Positions 52,701 to 64,000 of a stretch of 64,000 nucleotides of DNA are shown here, in pieces. Source of the stretch: Octopus sinensis (taxonomy: Eukaryota); contig NC_042997.1 of the NCBI RefSeq assembly GCF_006345805.1, positions 17,360,001-17,424,000 on the forward strand. The letters are read 5' to 3'. Positions within the stretch are counted from its first letter, which is position 1. Each line of letters opens with the position of its first letter. The position numbers and the translations under genes were made by a program. The notes beneath the pieces were generated by a model. It searched no databases and had not been told where the DNA came from. It worked only from the letters and a program-made list of their open reading frames with translations.

Positions 52701-53759
52701 CTCATATGAGAAATTAAAATTTTTTTCCCTCAACTTCAAACATTCAATTTTCATTTACTGATAAGCTTTATCTCATGGTACATGATATTGTACAATTTGA
52801 TTGGATCTAATTTGGTGGCCGTTTAAACTTTTATTTGTCAGTTCGTTTGTTATAAGAGCCTTTACTTCTCTGAATTTGCGAGTTCTCTTCCACTACTAAA
52901 ACAACTCACTGCACCCTTATATCTTTATCCTTAGCTCCCACACATTAAAAAACATCTGAAATTCTTCTTCCTTGAAATTGCACCATTCAGAAATTTAATT
53001 CCTAGTCCAATTAATACCCACACCAATTATTTGAATAAAAAAAAAACCCTAAAGAAATCTTCAATACTTCAAATGAAGTCTTAATCATAGAGATAGGAGA
53101 GGAATCCAGCCACTAAAGTACGGGTGATAGTAAATATAACTGATATGGGTACAAACCCATAAATACTGATATTTATAACTGACGTTTATAACTGACCTTA
53201 TTTTAAATATATTTCTATTCAAAGTTCATCAAAGCAGGATATGTGTTCTATGCTACATCAGAAGGCTAGAATAAACTAGAACATGGAATATGTTTTTGAT
53301 TTATTGCTTAAAGCCAATAGTGATATTTGGCATGAGTTGATTGGTTCTGAATATTTATATATTTGAATGAATTGTCAGAGCTTTTGTATGTTAGGGTGAT
53401 GGGCTTTCAAATACTGATATTCAGTCATATTTGTGTATGAGTGTGTGAGCATGTGGCTGTACACACATACACACACACACACACACACAAACACATGCAT
53501 ATATAAAATTAAGAATTATTAAGCAATTCTTCATTTATTTATGTATGTATATGTATGTAGATATATATGTGTGTGTATCTGTGCATGCACTTTTAATTGT
53601 TTTCATGTGTCAGTTTACACTAAAATATATTGTGAATCTAAATTTGAGTAATTTGATGTTACATATTTAAACCAATTAAGCACTTTGATAAGCTTTGCTT
53701 GAAAATACATTCTTACATTTGCAAAACATTTTAAAACTTTGTATGTGTATATGTGGCAT

Positions 53760-53814
<55 letters not shown>

Positions 53815-54420
53815 CACGTGTGCAGTGTAGATGACCAGAATCTGGAAACCAAGAGTAGCCTATAATACTAGAAGTAAATTTTGCATTAGTATTCCAACAG
53901 CTTAAACATTTGGTTCCCTTGTGAGATAATCTTTTAGCTTTCTAAAGACATCCAAAATTAGCTAATTCAACTTTAATGCACTTCAATTTCAAACACAGAA
54001 AGGGAAAAGTAAAATCTATGTTAAAACATTATTTACTTTAACCTCTTAATTGCACTGGCAGGTATACTCTCATGGCTTCTGAAGAGCTCAAAGTAGGTTT
54101 CTACAAGATAAACACTCTGCTTTTGTTGAAATTGATAGCATTGAAGTTGAGAAATAAAGTTTGCATGATGGTGTGCTATGATTGCCAAGAAAATCAATAC
54201 GTGATTTGAATTGCGCCAATTCAAAGTTTCTACAAATGATTCTTGTAAACTGTTTACTGTTTATTATAAGTTAATTGCTAACAATAGAAAATATTCTATG
54301 ATCTTACTGATCAATAAACATTTGAAATGGTGACATTTGCTAGAAATCTTTCTATCTTGATATATCATTGTGATTTACTTGCTTTTTGAATGTCTATCCA
54401 TGTAAGTGACTAGTTTTCAG

Positions 54421-54521
54421 TTTAAGTTGGTTAGTTTTTGGCATAGAACCAGTTATATGGCTTTCAACCAGCATTTAGTCACTTGGAAGGGCCCATTGGC
54501 AAAACTGCCTGATATACTGCA
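54421..54521 (+). CDS. Unverified candidate internal exon (FKLVSFWHRTSYMAFNQHLVTWKGPLAKLPDIL)
   Basis: ttttcag acceptor, CA|gtaagc donor, only one of three frames open; an overlapping minus-strand frame is also open. Confidence 0.25.
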
Positions 54522-54981
54522 GTAAGCCTATATATCACACTTGTGTCTATGAAAAGGCCCATTTCCTGGCCATTGTTTTGGCTGGGATTCATTTCTAGTC
54601 GAACAAAACTATAATTATCAGTAAAAGCAAAATAATCAATAATGGATTGTAGGTCATTTTGGTAAAATCTCTTTCAATTGCTTTATTAAGAAATAATGTC
54701 TATCACATAAAACGTTCTTACTATTCAGTGTCTTTAAATGGACAATGGAGTTGCTGCTTAGTTACCAAAAGGACATTGTTAAATAGCAGTATGCTAATGA
54801 TCCAAAAAATTTTAATTTATTGAATACAACATCAATATTCCAGGAACAAGCATATATTTTCATGAACTTTTGAAATATTTATTTCACTATCTTAAGTAAT
54901 AAAGATAAAAAGAAGACAGCATGTAACTTAAGTGTATGTGTGTATATATATGTATGTATATAAGTATGTACATGCTTAAGC

Positions 54982-55017
<36 letters not shown>

Positions 55018-56011
55018 TAAAGTACATTTGATCTATTGCATTGAAAATATTAAAAAAATTATTTCAAAATAAATTTGATGTCTAAAAACTTCAGTGGATT
55101 TTGGATAATGTGAGCCCTGCCAATGATGGTGTACACAGGGAAAATATTGATTTCTAACAATATTGAAACCACTATGGAGAGAAAGAAGGAAAAAAATTAA
55201 GGGGGCTGTAGGGATAAGGGAGGATTATCGCATGATAATTGCTACACACATGACTTGGTGTAGAAGATAAAAAAAAGTGAGACAAATATTTTAAACAACA
55301 GATGCTGCATAGTGAGTTCTGGATGAACTCCTAGCCCCCACCCCACCCCATCCCACCGCCAGTATTTTTGAATGCTCCAACAGGCTCGATGATTTGTGTT
55401 TCAATGATTTTCTTGCAATTTATTAATATTTAAACATATATAATATATTTCTGTCACTTTCAGGTGTTTAGTTTTTTATACCATTTAAATTCCATAAGAA
55501 GTTAACTCGCTGAACTCTTTACTCCTTTAATACATTAGCCTGTATGCATTCTTAGCACCACCATTTTATAGGTGAACAATATTCAATTTGAACATCTTTA
55601 AATGATACAAATCAACTACTCAAATATATTTTAGTTATGTTACATACAACTTTGAGAACGGAATGGCATCAAACAATTTCATTTCTCTGTCATTATGAAT
55701 ATATAACTAGACTTGCACTTATGTAAGAAAACAAACGTTTTCCATAAGTAATCTAAAGATTCCAGCCTTGTCATAGGAATTTCATTGTGACCTTGGAGAA
55801 AATAGCCTATACTGAACGCTTTAGTTGGGTTTCTTAGATACTACTGTCATTTCAAAATAGAAATGTTCTCATGACAGTTATGTCCAGCAGTCAAAAGGTG
55901 TGTTTCTAGAAAACACAATGCATAAAAATATTCTCTCTCTTACACACATACATCCCCCCCACACGCATGTGCACATGCACACGTGTGTGTGTGTGTGTGT
56001 GTTTGTGTATG

Positions 56012-56056
<45 letters not shown>

Positions 56057-57291
56057 GTGATGTATAGGTAAAACAGAAAATAGATATTTCTTTTGTTGCA
56101 ACTATTAACACTGTTGTCTGCTACTATACATTGATTATTGCACTGTTGTGTAGAAAAATATGTCTTTTTCAGTAAATAAATGGTATTTATAAGATAAGCA
56201 ATCTAGATATTTGGCTTTGTTAAAAAGTATTAAGATGGTAGTGTAATTTTTCTAAGAGTATCTGTTGAGGTGTTTTTACTTTTTTTCATTCAGATTTATA
56301 GTAGCACAATCATTGCAACTTCATTTATTGGTGATAATTCAGGATAAATCTTTTGACTAGGCTCAATTAAAATGTGGGAATATAATTAAAATTTAACACT
56401 GTGATTCATTTAAATTATCAGGAAGAGTAGCAAATCAATAGATTGTCAGACTAAGTAAATGTGCTAAACTAATTTGCATCTTCACAGTTTCTGCAAGACA
56501 CTGATATTGTAAGACAAAATAATAATGATGAAAAGCAACAAACACACCCACATTTGAGGGACAATAACTAAAAGGAGTGTTCTGCATATATTAAATACCA
56601 ATATTATAAAAATTATAAATGTGAATTAGTGAGTTGAAAAAATATTATCAGTTGTAATTATCTAAACAATTTGTAGATAAAAACGCCCTCCAAAGGTAAA
56701 TAAAATCAGTTGGTCTCAAACTTTTGATCAACTGATCAAACTTGATTTATCTCTTTTCTTTCTTGTTAAATCTTAAGTAACATTAATTACTTGGTTTATT
56801 TCAATTTATCAAAGGTTTTTCAATATGCTATACTACATATGTGGGACTAGTCAAGAGGTCAGTTGCCACACATGTGATTTCAGGTTCAGTCCCATAGCTA
56901 GGCACCATGTCAAGTGTCTTCTACTTTAGCCATTGACTGATCAAAGCATTGTGAGTGCAGTGGATAAACGAAAACAAAAAGATGACTATCATGGTCATTA
57001 AAATCATGATGAAAATGTGACAACGATTTTTAGAATGCTTCCTCTAGCCATATTGTTGTTAATCATAATCAGTATCACATTTCTTTTACTTCTTTGTTAT
57101 ATTCATTGTTATTAGTCTTGCCTATAGAGTCAAGTACTTTTTACTGAAGAGGTCCAACACATAGAAACACAACTGATCTTATTGAAGTTATCTTCCTTGC
57201 TTGAAGTTTTTAGATAGCAAGAATCTGTAAAAGAAATTTTCATTTATTAATTGCTTCGATAATTTCAGTTCATCAAAGTTTCTCCACTCAC

Positions 57292-57377
57292 ATCTGTCTC
57301 TGCCATTTGTGACTGTGTATCACCCTGCTTCTTAGCTAGTGGGCATTTGACAGGTTGATTGAACCCCCAATGCAACT
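57292..57377 (-). CDS. Unverified candidate exon (LHWGFNQPVKCPLAKKQGDTQSQMAETD)
   Basis: tttgcatag acceptor, strong AT|gtgagt donor, only one frame open, locally higher GC; acceptor tttcttttacag 67 nt downstream would add ILAI*. Confidence 0.33.
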
Positions 57378-57945
57378 CTATGCAAATATAATTATTACCT
57401 AACATTTATTTTAATTTTTGCATCTTTCACAAATTAGATGGATAATGGTAGATTAGATTTAATAACTGAGAACCCTCAGGCCAAAATTCTAGCCTTGTTC
57501 TATGTATCATCATCAATATCTTCATCATTTAGCATCCATTTTTCATGTTGGCATGGGCTGGATAGTTTGATAGAATTTGGTAAGCTACAGCGCTTTGCTG
57601 AGCTCCAGATACAGCTTCAGCATGGTTTCTATGGCTGGATGGCCTTCCTAAAATCAATCCCTTTACAGTGTGTACTGGGTGCTTTTCTCATGCTGTTGAT
57701 ACTGGTGAGATTACAAAGTATCTTGTAAAACAGAAGAGGGAACAGGGGATAAAAGAAAGAGCTCCTGCTACCAAGAAAGGGAGAGTATTTGATAGGGCGA
57801 GGTGGTTTTATACCAAGGCTATGTAAGATAGGGGAACAAGCATGAGTGTCTTGCTGGCAGGGGGGGAGTACATGGCTACCATATATTATATAGAGGTGGG
57901 TGGAAGTAGTTGGCTAGGGATAAAGGTATATGTAGACACACACAT

Positions 57946-57990
<45 letters not shown>

Positions 57991-58093
57991 CACACAAATA
58001 CCCTACACATACATAAACACACATATACATGTAGATTACATTTATACATACACATACTTTCATGTATGTATGTATATATATGTGTGTGTGTAT

Positions 58094-58126
<33 letters not shown>

Positions 58127-58729
58127 AACATGCTTATATATACATACACACACATATCTGCATGTACACACACTTATGTATGCATGTGTGCCTGTGTAAG
58201 GCCTGGACTGAAGCTGAAGAATGTAGAGAACAGTATTAACTGTGTATTCTTTTTGTTTTATATAAATTATATTTTATTTTTCCACTTCATTGACTTTCAT
58301 TTTGTTATCGTTCATTTAACGCTCCAGTGCAATCTTTAGTGGGCAAACTATTATAGTTTCATTAGTTCCTTAGATTTAATTACTTTGCTTCCTCTTTAAT
58401 CTTCCTTTTATTTTTTACCATCTGTCTATCAGTCTGTCTATCTGTTTCTACACAGATTTTTCTCTCTTTTATTACATTTTATTAATTTTGTCACCCATGT
58501 ATTTTCATCTTAAAACATTTTCTCCTAATTTTATCAAAAATGAAGATACAAAATACTGATATTGATAATATAATATTCAGTTATAATACAAAATTTAGTT
58601 CTTAGTCTTAACTTATATAAATCGATATTGGTTTAATGTAACATATTTTGTAATAATAATAATAATGATATTAATAACAATAACTATTATCATTATGGAA
58701 TATGTCACACAGTACCCATATTATGATGT

Positions 58730-59491
58730 TGCAGATTGAAGATATTGTGAGTACCAGGGATTTGTGCTGTCTGTCATGTCACAACAAGGACCTCAGACAG
58801 ACAGCACTTTATACAGTATGTGTGCAGTTCCAAGTAAAGTTGATTTTTGCAATACTCAAAGATTGTAGGGTATTTCTGAAGTGTTCAGATGTTTCTTCAG
58901 GTTGGGAGGTATTAAAGCTAATGCTCTAATGACAACAGGAACAATCTTTATATTTAACTCTGACAGCTATCACATCTTGGTGATCTCAGTTTCCAGGTCT
59001 CCATATTTTTTGGTCTTTTCTCTTTCTTTTATGACAATATGTTGATCTCCTGGTACTGCCACATCAATTATTAGGCACTCTTGTTTGTCCCTCTTAAAGG
59101 CTACTATATCCAGTCTCTAGTACTCTAACACCTTTTGTGTTCGGAAGTCAAAGTCCCAGAGGATCCTTGCCTTCCCATTTTTATCCATTATCTTTTTCAG
59201 TATATGTTGGCACCAAGTACCCATTACCTCATATCCATACTTCTGGCTTAGTAACCAGTCAAGGTTTAGGGCTACCTTGTCATGTCTGCACTTGTACTCT
59301 TTCTGTGCAAGACTTTTATAAGTGCTAATGATGTGAGTCATACTTTCAACCATCTCGCATATTCTGCCGAGGTTTGTTGCACTTGTGTGGTATACGTCCC
59401 TTTCCAATAAGTTGGCATTTAATATCTGGTCCTGGGCAATGATGGTCAGGCTTTCAATGCTCTTTTTAAAGTTACCTTTGCTGAGCCACAT
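58730..59491 (-). mobile_element. R4/Dong-clade non-LTR retrotransposon 3' end (zinc knuckle plus restriction-like endonuclease), inactivated
   Basis: One frame reads WLSKG...AQDQIL...RICEMVESMTHII...EYKCRHDKVA...ILWDF...*RLDIV...IIDVAVPGD...KEREKTKKYGDL...IVPVVIRAL...LQKSTLLGTAHILYKVLSV* with premature stops; ORF-track entry 59117..59491. Confidence 0.93.
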
Positions 59492-59965
59492 CCATAATAA
59501 TAATAATAATTATTATTATTATTATTATTGTTGTTGTTGTTATTAGTGGTGGTGTTGGTGGAGTTGGTGATGGTGTTGTTGTTGGTGGTGTTGGCAGTGG
59601 TGTTGGTGGTGATGGCAACAGTGGTGGTGGTAGTAGCAGTAGTGGCAATAGGGTCTTGCTAACTGGACAATGCTGCATCCAGCAAAACCCTTCTCCTCCT
59701 CCTACTACTATTACTAATAATGATCCTTTCTAGTTTTGGCACAAGGTCAGCAGTTTATAAGGTGATAAGGTAATGCTTGACTGGCATTTTATCCTATCAA
59801 TCTGAAAGGAGGAAAGACACAATGTAGAGTCAGAAGATTACATTGACTCCAGTCAACTTGTGCTTATTTCATCAACCCTGAAAGATGAAAGGCACAGTCG
59901 ACCTTGGCTGAATTTGAATTCAGAACATATAGATGCATGAAATGCCACTAAGCATTTTGTCTGAC

Positions 59966-60570
59966 ATTATCATCATCATCATCATCATCATCATCGTTTA
60001 ATGTCAATTTTCCATGCTAGCACAGGTTGGACGGTTTGACTGGAGACTGGCAAGCCAGGAGGCTGCACCAGGCTCCAATCTGATCTGGCAATGTTTCTAC
60101 AGCTGGATGCCTTTTCTAACACCAACCACTCTGAGAGTGTAGTGGGTGCTTTTTATGTACCACCGGCATGGGAGCCAGTCAGGCAGCACTGGCATCAGCC
60201 ATGTTTGGTGGGGGTGGGGGGCTAGCATCGATCACATTCGGATGGTGCTTTTTACATGCCACCAGCATGAGGTGCCAGTCAGGTGGAACTAGTAACGACC
60301 CAAGCATGAATGGTGCTTATTGCATGCTACCAGCATGGGAGCCAGTCAGGTGGCACTGGCATTGGCCTTGTTTGGATGGTGCTTTTTACATGCTACTGGC
60401 ACAAGAGCCAGTCAAGGCAGGCAGGGCTGGCATTGACTAAGTTCGGATGGTGCTTTTTATGTGCCACCAGCACAGGAAGCCAGTTAGGTGGCACTGGCAA
60501 TGACCCATGCATGAATGATGCTTATTGTGTGCCACCAGCATGGGAGCCAGTCAGGTAGCACTGGCATTAG
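59966..60570 (-). mobile_element. Family C retroposon with ~6 tandem 65-70-bp units and (CAT)n tail on the plus strand
   Basis: Reverse homologue of 35848-36245; tggtgctt recurs near 60243, 60311, 60377, 60448 and 60516. Confidence 0.85.
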
Positions 60571-60609
60571 CCACAACTACAATTTCCATTTTTGATTTAA
60601 AAATAATAA

Positions 60610-60830
60610 TAATAATAATGATTTCAAATGTTGGTACAAAGCCAGTAAGTTTGGGGGAGAGGGTGAGTTGATTGCATCAACCCCAATGATCAACTGGTAC
60701 TTATTTTATCGATCTTGAAAGAATGAAAGGTAAAGTCACCTCCATGGAATTTAAACTCAGAATGTAAAGATAGACGAAATACTACAAAGCATTTTGCCCA
60801 GTGTGCTAATGATTTTGCTAGCTTATCACC
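60610..60830 (-). mobile_element. SINE family B copy followed by a family C fragment (60835-61006)
   Basis: Same motifs as the 45.75-46.6 kb units; another copy at ~59730-59965. Confidence 0.75.
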
Positions 60831-61812
60831 TTAATCATCATCATCATCATTATTTAGCGTCTGCTTTCCATGCTAGCATGGGTTGGACGGTTCAACTGGG
60901 GTCTGTGAAGCTGGAAGGCCACATCAGGCCCAGTCTGATCTGGCAGTGTTTCTACGGCTGGATGCCCTTCCTAACGCCAACCACTCCGTGAGTGTAGTGG
61001 GTGCTTAATACTGCTTTCTTTTATTTGCCACCAGGGTGAAGGATAGGGGGTACAAAGAAATAAATAATAAAAACTAAAATGAAATAAAATTAGCATAGAC
61101 TAAAAAAAAATATAGAAGTTGTTTCTCTGTCCAAACTAGCAAATGTAAAAGATGAATATAATTGCAAATAAAAAATAATATGACATAAAAGGCAAGTATG
61201 AAAAAAACAAAACAAAAAACAGTAACAGCAGCAGTAACGACAATGAAAAGACAAAAGTGATAAACAAGTGAAATTAGGAACAAGGAATTCATCCCAGTTT
61301 TTATGTTATTTTAGTTATTTATCATGTTTTATTTACTTTTTTTCAACATCTCGTGTGAAGTCCTTTTTTGCTCCTGGAGAAATGAATTTTATGCACTGAT
61401 GACAATTTCTCTGGTTTCTTATTTCCGCACACATCTTGTAGTCAGGCAACCACTATTGTTTCTTTACCTCCTCCTTTTTCCTCATCATCATCACCATCAA
61501 TATCTTCCTCTTCTCCTCTCACCCTCCCTTCATCATCATCTTTTATTTTAATTATGTTATCATTATTGATATTGTTGTTATATTGTTTACTTATTCATTA
61601 TCATTTCCACCACTGCCACCACTTTCATTATCTTCCTCCTCCTCTTCACCACTGCCATCAACACTCTTCTTCTTATTATTATTATAAATATGGATTCTCT
61701 TGCCTCATTGTTATTACTGTTATCTTTTCCATCTCCAGCACCACTACTGCCATTATACTCATTAACATTTCAATATCCAACTCAGGCTTCTGGATTTTCT
61801 ATACATATTTGT

Positions 61813-61858
<46 letters not shown>

Positions 61859-61860
61859 CC

Positions 61861-62272
61861 TTTTTTACTCTTTTACTTGTTTCAGTCATTTGACTGTGGC
61901 CATCTGGAGCACCGCCTTTAGTCGATCAAAATCGACCCCAGGATTTACTCTTTGTACGCCTAGTACTTATTCTAGCGCTCTCTTTTGCTGAACCATTAAG
62001 TTACAGGGTCGTAAATGCAACAGCATTGGTTGTCAAGTGATGTTGGGGAAACAAACACAGACACAAAAATATATACACACACATACACATATATATACAT
62101 ATATACGACGGGCTTCTTTCAGTTTCCATCTACCAAATCCACTCACAAGGTTTTGGTCGGCCTTGTAGAAGACATGGCTATAATAGAAGACACTTGCTCA
62201 AGGTGCCACACAGTGGGACTGAACCCAGAACAATGTGGTTCGTTAGCAAGCTACTTACCACACAGCCACTCT
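61861..62272 (-). mobile_element. SINE family A copy
   Basis: Colinear in reverse with 8203-8668; short central CA/TA tract. Confidence 0.85.
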
Positions 62273-62273
62273 T

Positions 62274-62319
<46 letters not shown>

Positions 62320-62392
62320 GGGTGTGTGTGATTGTGTATAGAAGAATATATTAATAAAACGTGAAAATCAGACAAGGTTGGAATTCCTTTTA

Positions 62393-62441
<49 letters not shown>

Positions 62442-64000
62442 CATCATTGTTTTTGTTTCTCTGTAGTTCACTGCTGGAGCCTTGAACACTCTTATGTCTT
62501 GTGTATTGTCATAAGCTGTCACAGTACACAGTCTTCATGTAGAAGATAAAGAGAAATATTCTAAACTAATGTAAGACTTGGTTTTCTGAGAAAAAACTTC
62601 TAGCTTACCAGTGACTTCCAACACTCATACTCAAGGGAAATTACTTAAAGGAAAAGTTAATTTGAGAGATGATGAAAATATTTTTGTTCAGTTTCCTATT
62701 TTGTCACAACCAAGCACCATTTGAGAATTGGTTGAACAATATGTGTGACAATCAAAAATTTATTATCTAAACTAAAACTTGGTTGTTGCTCCCACTCTCA
62801 TGCAGCCAAAGTGAAACATTTAATCTACAAAATATTGAAGATATTATAATGAAGAAAAACTATGCTGTCTGAGAATAGAGTTGATTAATATATATCATCA
62901 TCATCATCATATATATATATATATATATACACACACATTCATATATATGTATACTCATGCACACATGTGTGATTCACAATACAAACTTCAATTTACCTAA
63001 ACAAGAGTTACTTTCCTTAAAAAGTAATTAGAGTCATCACAAGAGCAATGTTTATGAGGTCAGAAATATGTACATATGTTATCTTTATTTTATACATGTA
63101 TTGAAAATGGATGTAAATCGATGAGATACTCATATACATTATACATAAATGTTTGTATGTGTGTATATGTGTTGTATGTGCATATCTTATTCTATGTGTA
63201 TATGCACAGAATCATATGTATATTTATTTACAGGTATATGAACAGAAACATGTATTACCATCACCACCCTCATTGCTTTTACATTCACTTTTCTTTGCTG
63301 GCAAAAGGCTGGACAGGACGTTGAGAAGGCATTTTACAGCTGGATGCTCTTCCTGATACCAACACTTTTAACCACTTCTTACAACAAGAAGGAATACAAT
63401 ATACATATTCTAAAAACTAGTATCATATGTCTGTGTGTGTGTATGTGTGGGTGTATGTATGTGTTCAATGAGCATATGCTGAACTATACATGTATATTTA
63501 ATTACAGATATATACATAGATTCAGTTCACAGAAAAACATACATACATGTTTACAAGTGTGTGTGTGTGTGTGTGTGCATGCGTGCGTGCGTGTGTGTGT
63601 GTGTATGTGTGTCTGTGTCTGTGTACGCACATGTGTGAATATATTTCCATGTTATTAACAAAAGTTTAGAGGATTTATATTTATTGTAAATAAGATTGTT
63701 TTCCCAACCAAGCTAAGCACCACAACTATAATTGAATTTATTCTTTTGGGAACTTCTGAGTGTATTTATGATTTCAGAAATAGCGTCATACTTGATGGAG
63801 AAGAGAAAGAAATATTTCAGAATAAGATAAATTTTACCATGGAGATAAAGTATGCATATTATTATTTACACACACATAAACACGCATACACACATATATG
63901 TGTGTGTGTGTGTATACATGTCTCTCTCTTTCTCTCTGTATATGTATGTATATTTATATATATATATATATATACAAAATAGAAAGAATGAGCAACCATA

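Overview
AT-rich, CpG-poor, repeat-dense eukaryotic DNA. The tRNA-headed SINEs, RTE and R4/Dong-type LINE remnants, mariner/hAT elements and very dense (TA)n/(CA)n/(AAT)n/(CAT)n microsatellites match what I recall of octopod cephalopod (Octopus) genomes; this assignment is from pattern recognition, not a search. The window reads as intronic or intergenic. I recognised no host protein-coding gene, rRNA, true tRNA or CRISPR array. Most ORFs in the supplied track are microsatellite or low-complexity artefacts; the few informative ones are dead transposon fragments. Well supported: a hAT non-autonomous element with a perfect 8-bp TSD (12084-13288), a decayed RTE reverse transcriptase (13.6-15.1 kb), four R4/Dong-like LINE fragments, two mariner derivatives, a ~530-bp fold-back element, and several SINE families (labelled A-E here for convenience only). 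Worth follow-up: the fold-back element with reciprocal CpG decay (potential ADAR substrate), SINEs with an internal microsatellite, head-to-tail SINE stacks, tail-to-tail SINE palindromes, a ~310-bp perfect purine/pyrimidine alternation, an apparently SINE-free 9-kb zone and several unverified candidate exons. I cannot support a claim of a new biological system from this sequence alone. Many repeat boundaries are approximate (tens of bp).
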